A stretch of DNA of 64,000 bases from contig NC_090378.1 of the NCBI RefSeq assembly GCF_036365525.1, positions 119,335,593-119,399,592 of the forward strand, given 5' to 3'. The first letter of the stretch is position 1. Each line of letters starts with the position of its first letter. Below are positions 16,660 to 31,136 of this stretch, in pieces. The translations under genes were made by a program, and so were the position numbers. The DNA is from Heterodontus francisci (lineage: Eukaryota). The notes beneath the pieces are model-generated. The model saw nothing but the letters and a program-made list of their open reading frames with translations. It was not told where the DNA came from and ran no database searches.

Positions 16660-17012
16660 TTCTTTTGGGCCTCCTTATCTCGAGAGACAATGGATACGCG
16701 CCTGGAGGTGGTCAGTGGTTTGTGAAGCAGCGCCTGGAGTGGCTATAAAGGCCAATTCTGGAGTGACAGGCTCTTCCACAGGTGCTGCAGAGAAATTTGT
16801 TTGTTGGGGCTGTTGCACAGTTGGCTCTCCCCTTGCGCCTCTGTCTTTTTTCCTGCCAACTACTAAGTCTCTTCGACTCGCCACAATTTAGCCCTGTCTT
16901 TATGGCTGCCCGCCAGCTCTGGCGAATGCTGGCAACTGACTCCCACGACTTGTGATCAATGTCACACGATTTCATGTCGCATTTGTAGACGTCTTTATAA
17001 CGGAGACATGGA
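16660..17012 (-). mobile_element. 5'-truncated RTE-clade LINE, 3' end only (~350 bp)
   Basis: Reverse complement matches 30784-31136 with about 4 substitutions and encodes the same C-terminus (CSTCGRACHSRIGLYSHSRRC). Ends GCCCAAAAGAA. Apparent 11-bp target-site duplication TATCCATTATT at 16651-16661 and 17021-17031. Confidence 0.95.
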
Positions 17013-20000
17013 TATAATAATATCCATTATTATATACTATATATTACTGTGGGAAGTGTCGGTGCAGGAGGTGGGACTGTGTATCCATTATTATATATTA
17101 TATATAACTGTGGGATGTGTCAGTGCAGGAGGTGGGAATGTGTGTCCATTATTGTATATTTTATATAACTGTGAGATGTGTCAGTACAGGAGGTGGGACT
17201 GTGTGTCCATTATTGTATATTTTATATAACTGTGAGATGTGTCAGTACAGGAGGTGGGACTGTGTGTCCATTATTATATATTATATAAAACTGTGGGTTG
17301 TGTCAGTGCAGGAGGTGGGACTGTGTATCCATTATTATATATTATATATAACTGTGGGATGTGTCAGTGCAGGAGGTGGGAATGTGTGCCCATTATTATA
17401 TATTATATATAACTGTGGGATGTGTCAGTACAGGAGGTGGGACTGTGTGTCCATTATTGTATATTTTATATAACTGTGAGATGTGTCAGTACAGGAGGTG
17501 GGACTGTGTGTCCATTATTATATATTATATAAAACTGTGGGTTGTGTCAGTACAGGAGGTGGGACTGTGTGTCCATTATTATATATTTTATATAACTGTG
17601 AGATGTGTCAGTACAGGAGGTGGGACTGTGTGTCCATTATTATATATTTTATATAACTGTGAGATGTGTCAGTACAGGAGGTGGGACTGTGTGTCCATTA
17701 TGATATATTATATAAAACTGTGGGTTGTGTCAGTTCAGGAGCTGGGACTGTGTTTCCATTATGATATATTATATATAACTGTGGGTTGTGTCAGTACAGG
17801 AGGTGGGACTGTGTGTCCATTATTATATATTATATATAACTGTGGGACGTGTCAGTACAGGAAGTGGGAATGTGTGTCCATTGTTATATATTATTTTTTA
17901 CTGTGGGATGTTTCAGTACAGGAGGTGGGAATGTGTATCCATTATTATATATTATATGTAACTGTGGGACGTGTCAGTACAGGAGGTGGGACTGTGTATC
18001 CATTATTATATATTATATATAACTGTGGGATGTGTCAGTGCAGGAGGTGGGACTGTGTATCCATTATTATATATTATATATAACTGTGGGACGTGTCAGT
18101 ACAGGAGGTGGGACTGTGTATCCATTATTACATATTATATATAACTGTGGGACGTGTCAGTGCAGGAAGTGGGACAGTGTATCCATTATTATATATTATA
18201 TGTAACTGTGGGACGTGTCAGTACAGGAAGTGGGACAGTGTATCCATTATTATATATTATATATAACTGTGGGATGTGTCAGTGCAGGAGGTGGGACTGT
18301 GTATCCATTATTATATATTATATATAACTGTGGGACGTGTCAGTACAGGAGGTGGGACTGTGTATCCATTATTACATATTATATATAACTGTGGGACGTG
18401 TCAGTGCAGGAAGTGGGACAGTGTATCCATTATTATATATTATATATAACTGTGGGACATGTCAGTACAGGAATTGGGAATGTGTATCCATTATTTGATA
18501 TTATATATAAGTGTGGGACGTGTCGGTGCAGGAGGTGGGACTGTGTATCCATTATTATATATTATATATAACTGTGGGATGTGTCAGTGCAGGAGGTGGG
18601 AATGTGTGCCCATTATTATATATTATATATAACTGTGGGATGTGTCAGTACAGGAGGAGGGACTGTGTGTCCATTATTGTATATTTTATATAACTGTGAG
18701 ATGTGTCTGTACAGGAGGTGGGAATGTGTATCCATTATTATATATTATATATAACTGTGGGATGTGTCAGTACAGGAGGAGGGACTGTGTGTCCATTATT
18801 GTATATTTTATATAACTGTGAGATGTGTCTGTACAGGAGGTGGGAATGTGTATCCATTATTATATATTATATATAACTGTGGGATGTGTCAGTGCAGGAG
18901 GTGGGACTGTGTGCCCATTATTATATATTATATATAACTGTGGGATGTGTCAGTGCAGGAGGTGGGACTGTATGTCCATTATTATATATTATATATAACT
19001 GTGGGATGTGTCAGTGCAGGAGGTGGGACTGTGTATCCATTATTATATATTATATATAACTGTGGGATGTGTCAGTGCAGGAGGTGGGACTGTGTGCCCA
19101 TTATTATATATTATATATAACTGTGGGATGTGTCAGTTCAGGAGGTGGGACTGTGTATCCATTATTATATATTATATATAATTGTGGGATGTGTCAGTGC
19201 AGGAGGTGGGAATGTGTGCCCATTATTATATATTATATATAACTGTGGGATGTGTCAGTACAGGAGGAGGGACTGTGTGTCCATTATTGTATATTTTATA
19301 TAACTGTGAGATGTGTCTGTACAGGAGGTGGGAATGTGTATCCATTATTATATATTATATATAACTGTGGGATGTGTCAGTGCAGGAGGTGGGACTGTGT
19401 ATCCATTATTATATATTATTTTTTACTGTGGGATGTGTCAGTACAGGAGGTGGGACTGTGTGTCCATTATTATATATTATCTTTAACTGTGGGATGTGTC
19501 AGTGCAGGAGGTGGGACTGTGTGTCCATTATTATATATTATATCTAACTGTGGGATGTGTCAGTGCAGGAGGTGGGACTGTGTATCCATTATTATATATT
19601 ATTTTTTACTGTGGGATGTGTCAGTACAGGAGGTGGGACTGTGTGTCCATTATTATATATTATATATAACTGTGGGATGTGTCAGTACAGGAGGTGGGAA
19701 TGTGTATCCATTATTATATATTATATATAACTGTGGGATGTGTCGGTGCAGGAGGTGGGACTGTGTATCCATTATTAGAGATTATTGTTTACTGTGGGAT
19801 GTGTCAGTACAGAAGGTGGGAATGTGTATCCATTATTATATATTATATATAACTGTGGGATGTGTCAGTACAGGAAGTGGGAATGTGTATCCATTATTAT
19901 ATATTATATATAACTGTGGGATGTGTCAGTGCAGGAGGTGGGACTGTGTGTCCATTATTATATATTATATATAACTGTGGGATGTGTCAGTGCAGGAGGT

Positions 20001-23000
20001 GGGAATGTGTGCCCATTATTATATATTATATATAACTGTGGGATGTGTCAGTACAGGAGGTCGGACTGAGTGTCCATTATTATATATTATATATAACTGT
20101 GGGATGTGTCAGTACAGGAGGTGGGACTGTGTGTCCATTATTATATATTATCTATAACTGTGGGATGTGTCAGTGCCGGAGGTGGGACTGAGTGTCCATT
20201 ATTATATATTATATATAACGGTGGGATGTGTCAGTGCAGGAGGTGGGACTGAGTGTCCAATATGATACTTTATATTTTACTGTGGGATGTATCAGTACAG
20301 GAGGTGGGAATGTGTGTCCATTATTATATGTTATATATAAATGTGGGACGTGTCAGTACAGGAGGTGGGACTGTGTGTCCAATATTATATATTATATATA
20401 ACTGTGGGATGTGTCAGTGCAGGAGGTGGGACTGTGTGTCCATTATTATATGTTATATATAAATGTGGGACGTGTCAGTACAGGAGGTGGGACTGTGTGT
20501 CCAATATTATATATTATATATAACTGTGGGACGTGTCAGTGCAGGAGGCGTGACTGTGTGTCCATTATTATATATTATATATAACTGTGGGATGTGTCAG
20601 TCCAGGAGGTGGGACTGTGTGTCCATTATTATATATTATATATAACTGTGGGATGTGTCAGTACAGGAGGTGGGACTGTGTGTCCATTATTATATATTAT
20701 ATATAACTGTGGGATGTGTCAGTGCAGGAGGCGTGACTGTGTGTCCATTATTATATATTATATATAACTGTGGGATGTGTCAGTACAGGAGGTGGGACTG
20801 TGTGTCCATTATTATATATTTCTAAAACTGTGGGACGTGTCAGTACAGGAAGTGGGAATGTGTATCCATTATTATATATTATATATAACTGTGGGACGTG
20901 TCAGTACAGGAAGTGGGAATGTGTATCCATTATTACATATTATATATAACTGTGGGATGTGTCAGTGCAGGAGGTGGGACTGTGTGTCCATTATTATATA
21001 TTATATATAACTGTGGGACGTGTCAGTACAGGAAGTGGGAATGTGTATCCATTATTACATATTAGAGATAACTGTGGGATGTGTCAGTGCAGGAGGTGGG
21101 ACTGTGTTTCCATTATTATATTTTATATATTACTGTGGGTTGTGTCAGTGCAGGAGGTGGGAATGTGTATCCATTATTATATGTTATATATAACTGTGGG
21201 ATGTGTCAGTGCAGGAGGTGGGACTGTGTGCCCATTATAATATATTATTTTTTACTGAGGGATGTGTCAGTACAGGAGGTGGGATTGTGTATCCATTATT
21301 ATATTTTATATATTACTGTGGGATGTGTCGGTGCAGGAGGTGGGACTGTGTATCCATTATTATACATTATTTTTTACTGAGGGATGTGTCAGTACAGGAG
21401 GTGGGATTGTGTATCCATTATTATATATTATATATTACTGTGGGATGTGTCGGTGCAGGAGGTGGGACTGTGTATCCATTATTATATATTATTTTTTACT
21501 GTGGGACGTGTCAGTCCAGGAAGTGGGAATGTGTATCCATTATTATATATTATTTTTTACTGTGGGATGTGTCAGTACAGGAGGTGGGAATGTGTATCCA
21601 TTATTATATATTATATATAACTGTGGGATGTGTCGGTGCAGGAGGTGGGACTGTGTGTCCATTATTATATATTATTTTTTACTGTGGGATGTGTCGGTGC
21701 AGGAGGTGGGAATGTGTATCCATTATTATATATTATATATAACTGTGGGATGTGTCGGTGCAGGAGGTGGGACTGTGTATCCATTATTATATATTATTTT
21801 TTACTGTGGGATGTGTCAGTACAGGAGGTGGGAATGTGTATCCATTATTATATATTATATATTACTGTGGGACGTGTCGGTGCAGGAGGTGGGACTGTGT
21901 ATCCATTATTATATATTATATATAACTGTGGGATGTGTCAGTGCAGGAGGTGGGAATGTGTGCCCATTATTATATATTATATATAACTGTGGGATGTGTC
22001 AGTACAGGAGGTGGGACTGTGTGTCCATTATTGTATATTTTATATAACTGTGAGATGTGTCAGTACAGGAGGTGGGACTGTGTGTCCATTATTATATATT
22101 ATATAAAACTGTGGGTTGTGTCAGTGCAGGAGGTGGGACTGTGTTTCCATTATGATATATTATATATAACTGTGGGTTGTGTCAGTACAGGAGGTGGGAC
22201 TGTGTGTCCATTATTATATATTTTATATAACTGTGAGATGTGTCAGTACAGGAGGTGGGACTGTGTGTCCATTATGATATATTATATAAAACTGTGGGTT
22301 GTGTCAGTTCAGGAGGTGGGACTGTGTTTCCATTATGATATATTATATATAACTGTGGGTTGTGTCAGTACAGGAGGTGGGACTGTGTGTCCATTATTAT
22401 ATATTATATATAACTGTGGGACGTGTCAGTACAGGAAGTGGGAATGTGTGTCCATTGTTATATATTATTTTTTACTGTGGGATGTTTCAGTACAGGAGGT
22501 GGGAATGTGTATCCATTATTATATATTATATGTAACTGTGGGACGTGTCAGTACAGGAAGTGGGAATGTGTATCCATTATTACATATTATATATAACTGT
22601 GGGACGTGTCAGTGCAGGAAGTGGGACAGTGTATCCATTATTATATATTATATATAACTGTGGGATGTGTCAGTGCAGGAGGTGGGACTGTGTATCCATT
22701 ATTATATATTATATATAACTGTGGGACATGTCAGTACAGGAATTGGGAATGTGTGTCCAATATTATATATTATATATAACTGTGGGATGTGTCAGTGCAG
22801 GAGGTGGGACTGTTTGTCCATTATTATATGTTATATATAAATGTGGGACGTGTCAGTCCAGGAGGTGGGACTGTGTGTCCAATATTATATATTATATATA
22901 ACTGTGGGACGTGTCAGTGCAGGAGGCGTGACTGTGTGTCCATTATTATATATTATATATAACTGTGGGATGTGTCAGTACAGGAGGTGGGACTGTGTGT

Positions 23001-26000
23001 CCATTATTATATATTACATATAACTGTGGGATGTGTCAGTGCATGAGGCGTGACTGTGTGTCCATTATTATATATTATATATAACTGTGGGATGTGTCAG
23101 TACAGGAGGTGGGACTGTGTGTCCATTATTATATATTTCTATAACTGTGGGACGTGTCAGTACAGGAAGTGGGAATGTGTATCCATTATTATATATTATA
23201 TATAACTGTGGGACGTGTCAGTGCAGGAAGTGGGAATCTGTAACCATTATTACATATTATATATAACTGTGGGATGTGTCAGTGCAGGAGGTGGGACTGT
23301 GTGTCCATTATTATATATTATATATAACTGTGGGACGTGTCAGTACAGGAAGTGGGAATGTGTATCCATTATTACATATTATATATAACTGTGGGATGTG
23401 TCAGTGCAGGAGGTGGGACTGTGTATCCATTATTATATTTTATATATTACTGTGGGATGTGTCAGTGCAGGCAGTGGGAATGTGTATCCATTATTACATA
23501 TTATATATAACTGTGGGATGTGTCAGTGCAGGAGGTGGGAATGTGTATCCATTATTATATGTTATATATAACTGTGGGATGTGTCAGTGCAGGAGGTGGG
23601 ACTGTGTGTCCATTATTATATATTATTTTTTACTGTGGGATGTGTCAGTACAGGAGGTGGGAATGTGTATCCATTATTATATATTATATATTACTGTGGG
23701 ATGTGTCAGTGCAGGCAGTGGGAATGTGTATCCATTATTACATATTATATATAACTGTGGGATGTGTCAGTGCAGGAGGTGGGAATGTGTATCCATTATT
23801 ACATATTATATATAACTGTGGGATGTGTCAGTGCAGGAGGTGGGAATGTGTATCCATTATTACATATTATATATAACTGTGGGATGTGTCAGTGCAGGAG
23901 GTGGGAATGTGTATCCATTATTATATATTATATATTACTGTGGGATGTGTCGGTGCAGGAGGTGGGACTGTGTATCCATTATTATATATTATTTTTTACT
24001 GTGGGATGTGTCAGTACAGGAGGTGGGAATGTGTATCCATTATTATATATTATATATTACTGTGGGATGTGTCGGTGCAGGAAGTGGGACTGTGTATCCA
24101 TTATTATATATTATTTTTTACTGTGGGACGTGTCAGTCCAGGAAGTGGGAACGTGTATCCATTATTATATATTATATATTACTGTGGGACGTGTCGGTGC
24201 AGGAGGTGGGACTGTGTATCCATTATTATATATTATATATAACTGTGGGATGTGTCAGTACAGGAGGTGGGACTGTGTGCCCATTATTGTATATTTTATA
24301 TAACTGTGAGATGTGTCAGTGCAGGAGGTGGGATTGTGTCTCCATTGTTATATATTATATATAACTGTGGGATGTGTCGGTGCAGGAAGTGCGATTGTGT
24401 ATCCATTATTCTATATTATTTTTTACTGAGGGATGTGTCAGTGCAGGAGGTGGGACTGTGTATCCATTATTATATATTATTTTTTACTGTGGGATGTGTC
24501 AGTACAGGAGGTGGGAATGTGTATCCATTATTATATATTATATATAACTGTGGGATGTGTCGGTGCAGGAGGTGGGACTGTGTGTTCATTATTATATATT
24601 ATTTTTTACTGTGGGATGTGTCAGTACAGGAGGTGGGAATGTGTATCCATTATTATATATTATTTTTTACTGTGGGACGTGTCTGTACAGGAGGTGGGAC
24701 TGTGCATCCATTATTATATTTTATATATTACTGTGGGATGTGTCAGTGCAGGAGGTGGGACTGTGTATCCATTATTATATATTATTTTTTACTGTGGGAT
24801 GTGTCAGTACAGGAGGTAGGAATGTGTATCCATTATTATATATTATATATAACTGTGGGATGTACCAGTGCACGAGGTGGGACTGTGTATCCATTATTAT
24901 ATATTATTTTTTACTGTGGGACGTGTCAGTCCACGAGGTGGGAATGTGTATCCATTATTATATATTTTTATAACTGTGGGATGTGTCAGTACAGGAGGTG
25001 GGACTGTGTGTCCATTATTATATATTATTTTTTACTGTGGGACGTGTCAGTCCACGAGATGGGAATGTGTATCCATTATGATATATTTTTATAACTGTGG
25101 GATGTGTCAGTGCAGGAGGTGGGACTGTGTGTCCATTATTATATATTATATATAACTGTGGGATGTGTCAGTGCAGGAGGTGGGAATGTGTGCCCATTAT
25201 TGTATATTTTATATAACTGTGAGATGTGTCAGTACAGGAGGTGGGACTGTGTGTCCATTATTATATATTATATATAACTGTGACATGTGTCAGTACAGGA
25301 GGTGGGACTGTGTGTCCATTATTATATATTATATATAACTGTGGGATGTGTCAGTACAGGAGGTGGGACTGTGTGTCCATTATTGTATATTTTATATAAC
25401 TGTGAGATGTGTCAGTACAGGAGGTGGGACTGTGTTTCCAATATGATATATTATATATAACTGTGGGACGTGTCAGTACAGGAGGTGGGACTGTGTATCC
25501 ATTATTACATATTATATATAACTGTGGGACGTGTCAGTACAGGAGGTGGGACTGTGTATCCATTATTATATATTTTATATAACTGTGAGATGTGTCAGTA
25601 CAGGAGGTGGGACTGTGTGTCCATTATAATATATTATATAAAACTGTGGGTTGTGTCAGTGCAGGAGGTGGGACGAAGTTTCCATTATGATATATTATAT
25701 ATAACTGTGGGTTGTGTCAGTACAGGAGGTTGGACTGTGTGTCCATTATTATATATTATATATAACTGTGGGACGTGTCAGTACAGGAAGTGGGAATGTG
25801 TGTCCATTGTTATATATTATTTTTTACTGTGGGATGTGTCAGTGCAGGAGGTGGGACTGTGTGTCCATTATTATATATTATTTTTTACTGTGGGATGTTT
25901 CAGTACAGGAGGTGGGAATGTGTATCCATTATTATATATTATATATAACTGTGGGACGTGTCAGTACAGGAAGTGGGAATGTGTATCCATTATTACATAT

Positions 26001-28971
26001 TATATATAACTGTGGGACGTGTCAGTACAGGAAGTGGGAATGTGTATCCATTATTATATATTATATATAACTGTGGGATGTGTCAGTGCAGGAGGTGGGA
26101 CTGTGTATCCATTATTATATATTATATATAACTGTGGGATGTGTCAGTACAGGAATTGGGAATGTGTATCCATTATTATATATTATATATAACTGTGTGA
26201 CGTGTCAGTACAGGAAGTGGGAATGTGTATCCATTATTATATATTATATATAACTGTGGGATGTGTCAGTACAGGAAGTGGGAATGTGTATCCATTATTA
26301 TATATTATATATAACTGTGGGACGTGTCAGTACAGGAAGTGGGAATGTGTATCCATTATTATATATTATATATAAGTGTGGGATGTGTCAGTACAGGAAG
26401 TGGGACTGTGTATCCATTATTATATATTATATATTACTGTGGGATGTGTCGGTGCAGGAGGTGGGACTGTGTATCCATTATTATATATTATTTTTTACTG
26501 TGGGACGTGTCAGTCCAGGAAGTGGGAATGTGTATCCATTATTATATATTATATATAACTGTGGGATGTGTCGGTGCAGGAGGTGGGATTGTGTATCCAT
26601 TATTATATATTATTTTTTACTGAGGGATGTGTCAGTGCAGGAGGTGGGACTGTGTATCCATTATTATATATTATATATAACTGTGGGATGTGTCGGTGCA
26701 GGAGGTGGGACTGTGTATCCATTATTGTATATTATATATAACTGTGGGATGTGTCAGTGCAGGAGGTGGGAATGTGTATCCATTATTATATATTATATAT
26801 AACTGTGGGATGTGTCGGTGCAGGAGGTGGGATTGTGTATCCATTATTATATATTATTTTTTACTGAGGGATGTGTGAGTGCAGGAGGTGGGACTGTGTA
26901 TCCATTATTATATATTATATATAACTGTGGGATGTGTCGGTGCAGGAGGTGGGACTGTGTATCCATTATTGTATATTATATATAACTGTGGGATGTGTCA
27001 GTGCAGGAGGTGGGAATGTGTATCCATTATTATATATTATATATAACTGTGGGATGTGTCGGTGCAGGAGGTGGGATTGTGTATCCATTATTATATATTA
27101 TTTTTTACTGAGGGATGTGTCAGTGCAGGAGGTGGGACTGTGTATCCATTATTATATATTATTTTTTACTGTGTGATGTGTCAGTACAGGAGGTGGGAAT
27201 GTGTATCCATTATTATATATTATATATAACTGTGGGATGTGTCGGTGCAGGAGGTGGGAATGTGTGTCCATTATAATATATTATTTTTTACTGTGGGATG
27301 TGTCGGTGCAGGAGGTGGGAATGTGTATCCATTATTATATATTATATATAACTGTGGGATGTGTCGGTGCAGGAGGTGGGATTGTGTATCCATTATTATA
27401 TATTATTTTTTACTGTGGGACGTGTCAGTCCACGAGGTGGGAATGTGTATCCATTATTATATATTATATATAACTGTGGGATGTGTCAGTGCAGGAGGTG
27501 GGACTGTGTGTCCATTATTATATATTATATATAACTGTGGGATGTCTCAGTGCAGGAGGTGGGAATGTGTGTCCATTATTGTATATTTTATATAACTGTG
27601 AGATGTGTCACTACAGGAGGTGGGACTGTGTGTCCATTATTATATATTATATATAACTGTGGGACGTGTCAGTACAGGAGGTGGGACTGTGTGTCCATTA
27701 TTGTATATTTTATATAACTGTGAGATGTGTCAGTACAGGAGGTGGGACTGTGTGTCCATTATTATATATTATATAAAACTGTGGGTTGTGTCAGTGCAGG
27801 AGGTGGGACTGTGTTTCCATAATGATATATTATATATAACTGTGGATTGTGTCAGTACAGGAGGTGGGACTGTGTGTCCATTATTATATATTTTATATAA
27901 CTGTGAGATGTGTCAGTACAGGAGGTGGGACTGTGTGTCCATTATTATATATTATATAAAACTGTGGGTTGTGTCAGTGCAGGAGGTGGGACTAAGTTTC
28001 CATTATGATATATTATATGTAACTGTGGGTTGTGTCAGTACAGGAGGTGGGACTGTGTGTCCATTATTATATATTATATATAACTGTGGGACGTGTCAGT
28101 ACAGGAAGTGGGAATGTGTGTCCATTGTTATATATTATTTTTTACTGTGGGATGTGTCAGTGCAGGAGGTGGGACTGTGTGTCCATTATTATATATTATT
28201 TTTTACTGTGGGATGTTTCAGTACAGGAGGTGGGAATGTGTATCCATTATTATATATTATATATAACTGTGGGACGTGTCAGTACAGGAAGTGGGAATGT
28301 GTATCCATTATTACATATTATATATAACTGTGGGACGTGTCAGTACAGGAAGTGGGAATGTGTATCCATTATTATATATTATATATAACTGTGGGATGTG
28401 TCAGTGCAGGAGGTGGGACTGTGTATCCATTATTATATATTATATATAACTGTGGGATGTGTCAGTACAGGAATTGGGAATGTGTATCCATTATTATATA
28501 TTATATATAACTGTGGGACGTGTCAGTACAGGAAGTGGGAATGTGTATCCATTATTACATATTATATATAACTGTGGGATGTGTCAGTGCAGGAGGTGGG
28601 AATGTGTATCCATTATTATATTTTATATATTACTGTGGGATGTGTCGGTGCAGGAGGTGGGACTGTGTGTCCATTATAATATATTATTTTTTACTGAGGG
28701 ATGTGTCAGTACAGGAGGTGTGATTGTGTATCCATTATTATATTTTATATATTACTGTGGGATGTGTCGGTGCAGGAGGTGGGACTGTGTATCCATTATT
28801 ATATATTATTTTTTACTGTGGGACGTGTCAGTCCAGGAAGTGGGAATGTGTATCCATTATTATATATTATATATAACTGTGGGACGTGTCAGTACAGGAA
28901 GTGGGAATGTGTATCCATTATTATATATTATATATAACTGTGGGATGTGTCAGTGCAGGAGGTGGGACTGT

Positions 28972-31136
28972 TGCACTTTTGAACTACAAGAAAGCCCCCA
29001 GCGATTTAACATCCGCAGCACTTAAAGCAGCCAGAAGTACTGTACAAAGAACAGCTAGGCGTTGCGCAAACGACTACTGGCAACACCTATGCAGTCATAT
29101 TCAGCTGGCCTCAGACACCGGAAACATCAGAGGAATGTATGATGGCATGAAGAGAGCTCTTGGGCCAACCATCAAGAAGATCACCCCCCTCAAATCTAAA
29201 TCGGGGGACATAATCACTGACCAACGCAAACAGATGGACCGCTGGGTTGAGCACTACCTAGAACTGTACTCCAGGGAGAATGCTGTCACTGAGACTGCCC
29301 TCAATGCAGCCCAGCCTCTACCAGTCATGGATGAGCTGGACATACAGCCAACCAAATCGGAACTCAGTGATGCCATTGATTCCCTAGCCAGCGGAAAAGC
29401 CCCTGGGAAGGACAGCATTACCCCTGAAATAATCAAGAGTGCCAAGCCTGCTATACTCTCAGCACTACATGAACTGCTATGCCTGTGCTGGGACGAGGGA
29501 GCAGTACCCCAGGACATGCGCGATGCCAACATCATCACCCTCTATAAAAACAAAGGTGACCGCGGTGACTGCAACAACTACCGTGGAATCTCCCTGCTCA
29601 GCATAGTGGGGAAAGTCTTTGCTCGAGTCGCTCTGAACAGGCTCCAGAAGCTGGCCGAGCGCGTCTACCCTGAGGCACAGTGTGGCTTTCGTGCAGAGAG
29701 ATCGACTATTGACATGCTGTTCTCCCTTCGTCAGATACAGGAGAAATGCCGTGAACAACAGATGCCCCTCTACATTGCTTTCATTGATCTCACCAAAGCC
29801 TTTGACCTCGTCAGCAGACGTGGTCTCTTCAGACTACTAGAAAAGATCGGATGTCCACCAAAGCTACTAAGTATCATCACCTCATTCCATGACAATATGA
29901 AAGGCACAATTCAACATGGTGGCTCCTCATCAGAGCCCTTTCCTATCCTGAGTGGTGTGAAACAGGGCTGTGTTCTCGCACCCACACTTTTTGGGATTTT
30001 CTTCTCCCTGCTGCTTTCACATGCGTTCAAATCCTCTGAAGAAGGAATTTTCCTCCACACAAGATCAGGGGGCAGGTTGTTCAACCTTGCCCGTCTAAGA
30101 GCGAAGTCCAAAGTACGGAAAGTCCTCATCAGAGAACTCCTCTTTGCTGACGATGCTGCTTTAACATCTCATACTGAAGAATGCCTGCAGAGTCTCATCG
30201 ACAGGTTTGCGTCTGCCTGCAATGAATTTGGCCTAACCATCAGCCTCAAGAAAACGAACATCATGGGGCAGGATGTCAGAAATGCTCCATCCATCAATAT
30301 TGGCGACCACGCTCTGGAAGTGGTTCAAGAGTTCACCTACCTAGGCTCAACTATCACCAGTAACCTGTCTCTAGATGCAGAAATCAACAAGCGCATGGGT
30401 AAGGCTTCCACTGCTATGTTCAGACTGGCCAAGAGAGTGTGGGAAAATGGCGCACTGACACGGAACACAAAAGTCCGAGTGTATCAGGCCTGTGTCCTCA
30501 GTACCTTTCTCTACGGCAGCGAGGCCTGGACAACGTATGCCAGCCAAGAGCGACGTCTCAATTCATTCCATCTTCGCTGCCTTCGGAGAATACTTGGCAT
30601 CAGGTGGCAGGACTATATCTCCAACACAGAAGTCCTTGAAGCGGCCAACATCCCCAGCTTATACACACTACTGAGTCAGCGGCGCTTGAGATGGCTTGGC
30701 CATGTGAGCCGCATGGAAGATGGCAGGATCCCCAAAGACACATTGTACAGCGAGCTCGCCACTGGTATCAGACCCACCGGCCGTCCATGTCTCCGTTATA
30801 AAGACGTCTGCAAACGCGACATGAAATCGTGTGACATTGATCACAAGTCGTGGGAGTCAGTTGCCAGCATTCGCCAGAGCTGGCGGGCAGCCATAAAGAC
30901 AGGGCTAAATTGTGGCGAGTCGAAGAGACTTAGTAGTTGGCAGGAAAAAAGACAGAGGCGCAAGGGGAGAGCCAACTGTGCAACAGCCCCAACAAACAAA
31001 ATTCTCTGCAGCACCTGTGGAAGAGCCTGTCACTCCAGAATTGGCCTTTATAGCCACTCCAGACGCTGCTTCACAAACCACTGACCACCTCCAGGCGCGT
31101 ATCCATTGTCTCTCGAGATAAGGAGGCCCAAAAGAA
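28972..31136 (+). mobile_element. 5'-truncated non-LTR retrotransposon, RTE clade (~2.16 kb)
   Basis: Abrupt exit from the satellite at ~28971 and return at ~31137. RT motifs present, no endonuclease domain, ~50-nt 3' UTR ending CCAAAAGAA. Confidence 0.95.
28973..31084 (+). CDS. Truncated RTE ORF: reverse transcriptase plus C-terminal C2H2-type motif; lacks APE domain and native start
   Basis: Uninterrupted frame with YRGISLLS, QCGFR, FIDLTKAFD, GVKQGCVLAPTLF, LFADD, YLGS and terminal CSTC-x12-HSRRC; stop TGA at 31082-31084. Confidence 0.9.
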   Translation, partial: ALLNYKKAPSDLTSAALKAARSTVQRTARRCANDYWQHLCSHIQLASDTGNIRGMYDGMKRALGPTIKKITPLKSKSGDIITDQRKQMDRWVEHYLELYSRENAVTETALNAAQPLPVMDELDIQPTKSELSDAIDSLASGKAPGKDSITPEIIKSAKPAILSALHELLCLCWDEGAVPQDMRDANIITLYKNKGDRGDCNNYRGISLLSIVGKVFARVALNRLQKLAERVYPEAQCGFRAERSTIDMLFSLRQIQEKCREQQMPLYIAFIDLTKAFDLVSRRGLFRLLEKIGCPPKLLSIITSFHDNMKGTIQHGGSSSEPFPILSGVKQGCVLAPTLFGIFFSLLLSHAFKSSEEGIFLHTRSGGRLFNLARLRAKSKVRKVLIRELLFADDAALTSHTEECLQSLIDRFASACNEFGLTISLKKTNIMGQDVRNAPSINIGDHALEVVQEFTYLGSTITSNLSLDAEINKRMGKASTAMFRLAKRVWENGALTRNTKVRVYQACVLSTFLYGSEAWTTYASQERRLNSFHLRCLRRILGIRWQDYISNTEVLEAANIPSLYTLLSQRRLRWLGHVSRMEDGRIPKDTLYSELATGIRPTGRPCLRYKDVCKRDMKSCDIDHKSWESVASIRQSWRAAIKTGLNCGESKRLSSWQEKRQRRKGRANCATAPTNKILCSTCGRACHSRIGLYSHSRRCFTNH

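Noticed and set aside
28886-31084. 732-aa full-length protein
   Set aside because: The first ~29 codons are satellite read in frame by chance; the LINE is 5'-truncated with no endonuclease or promoter.
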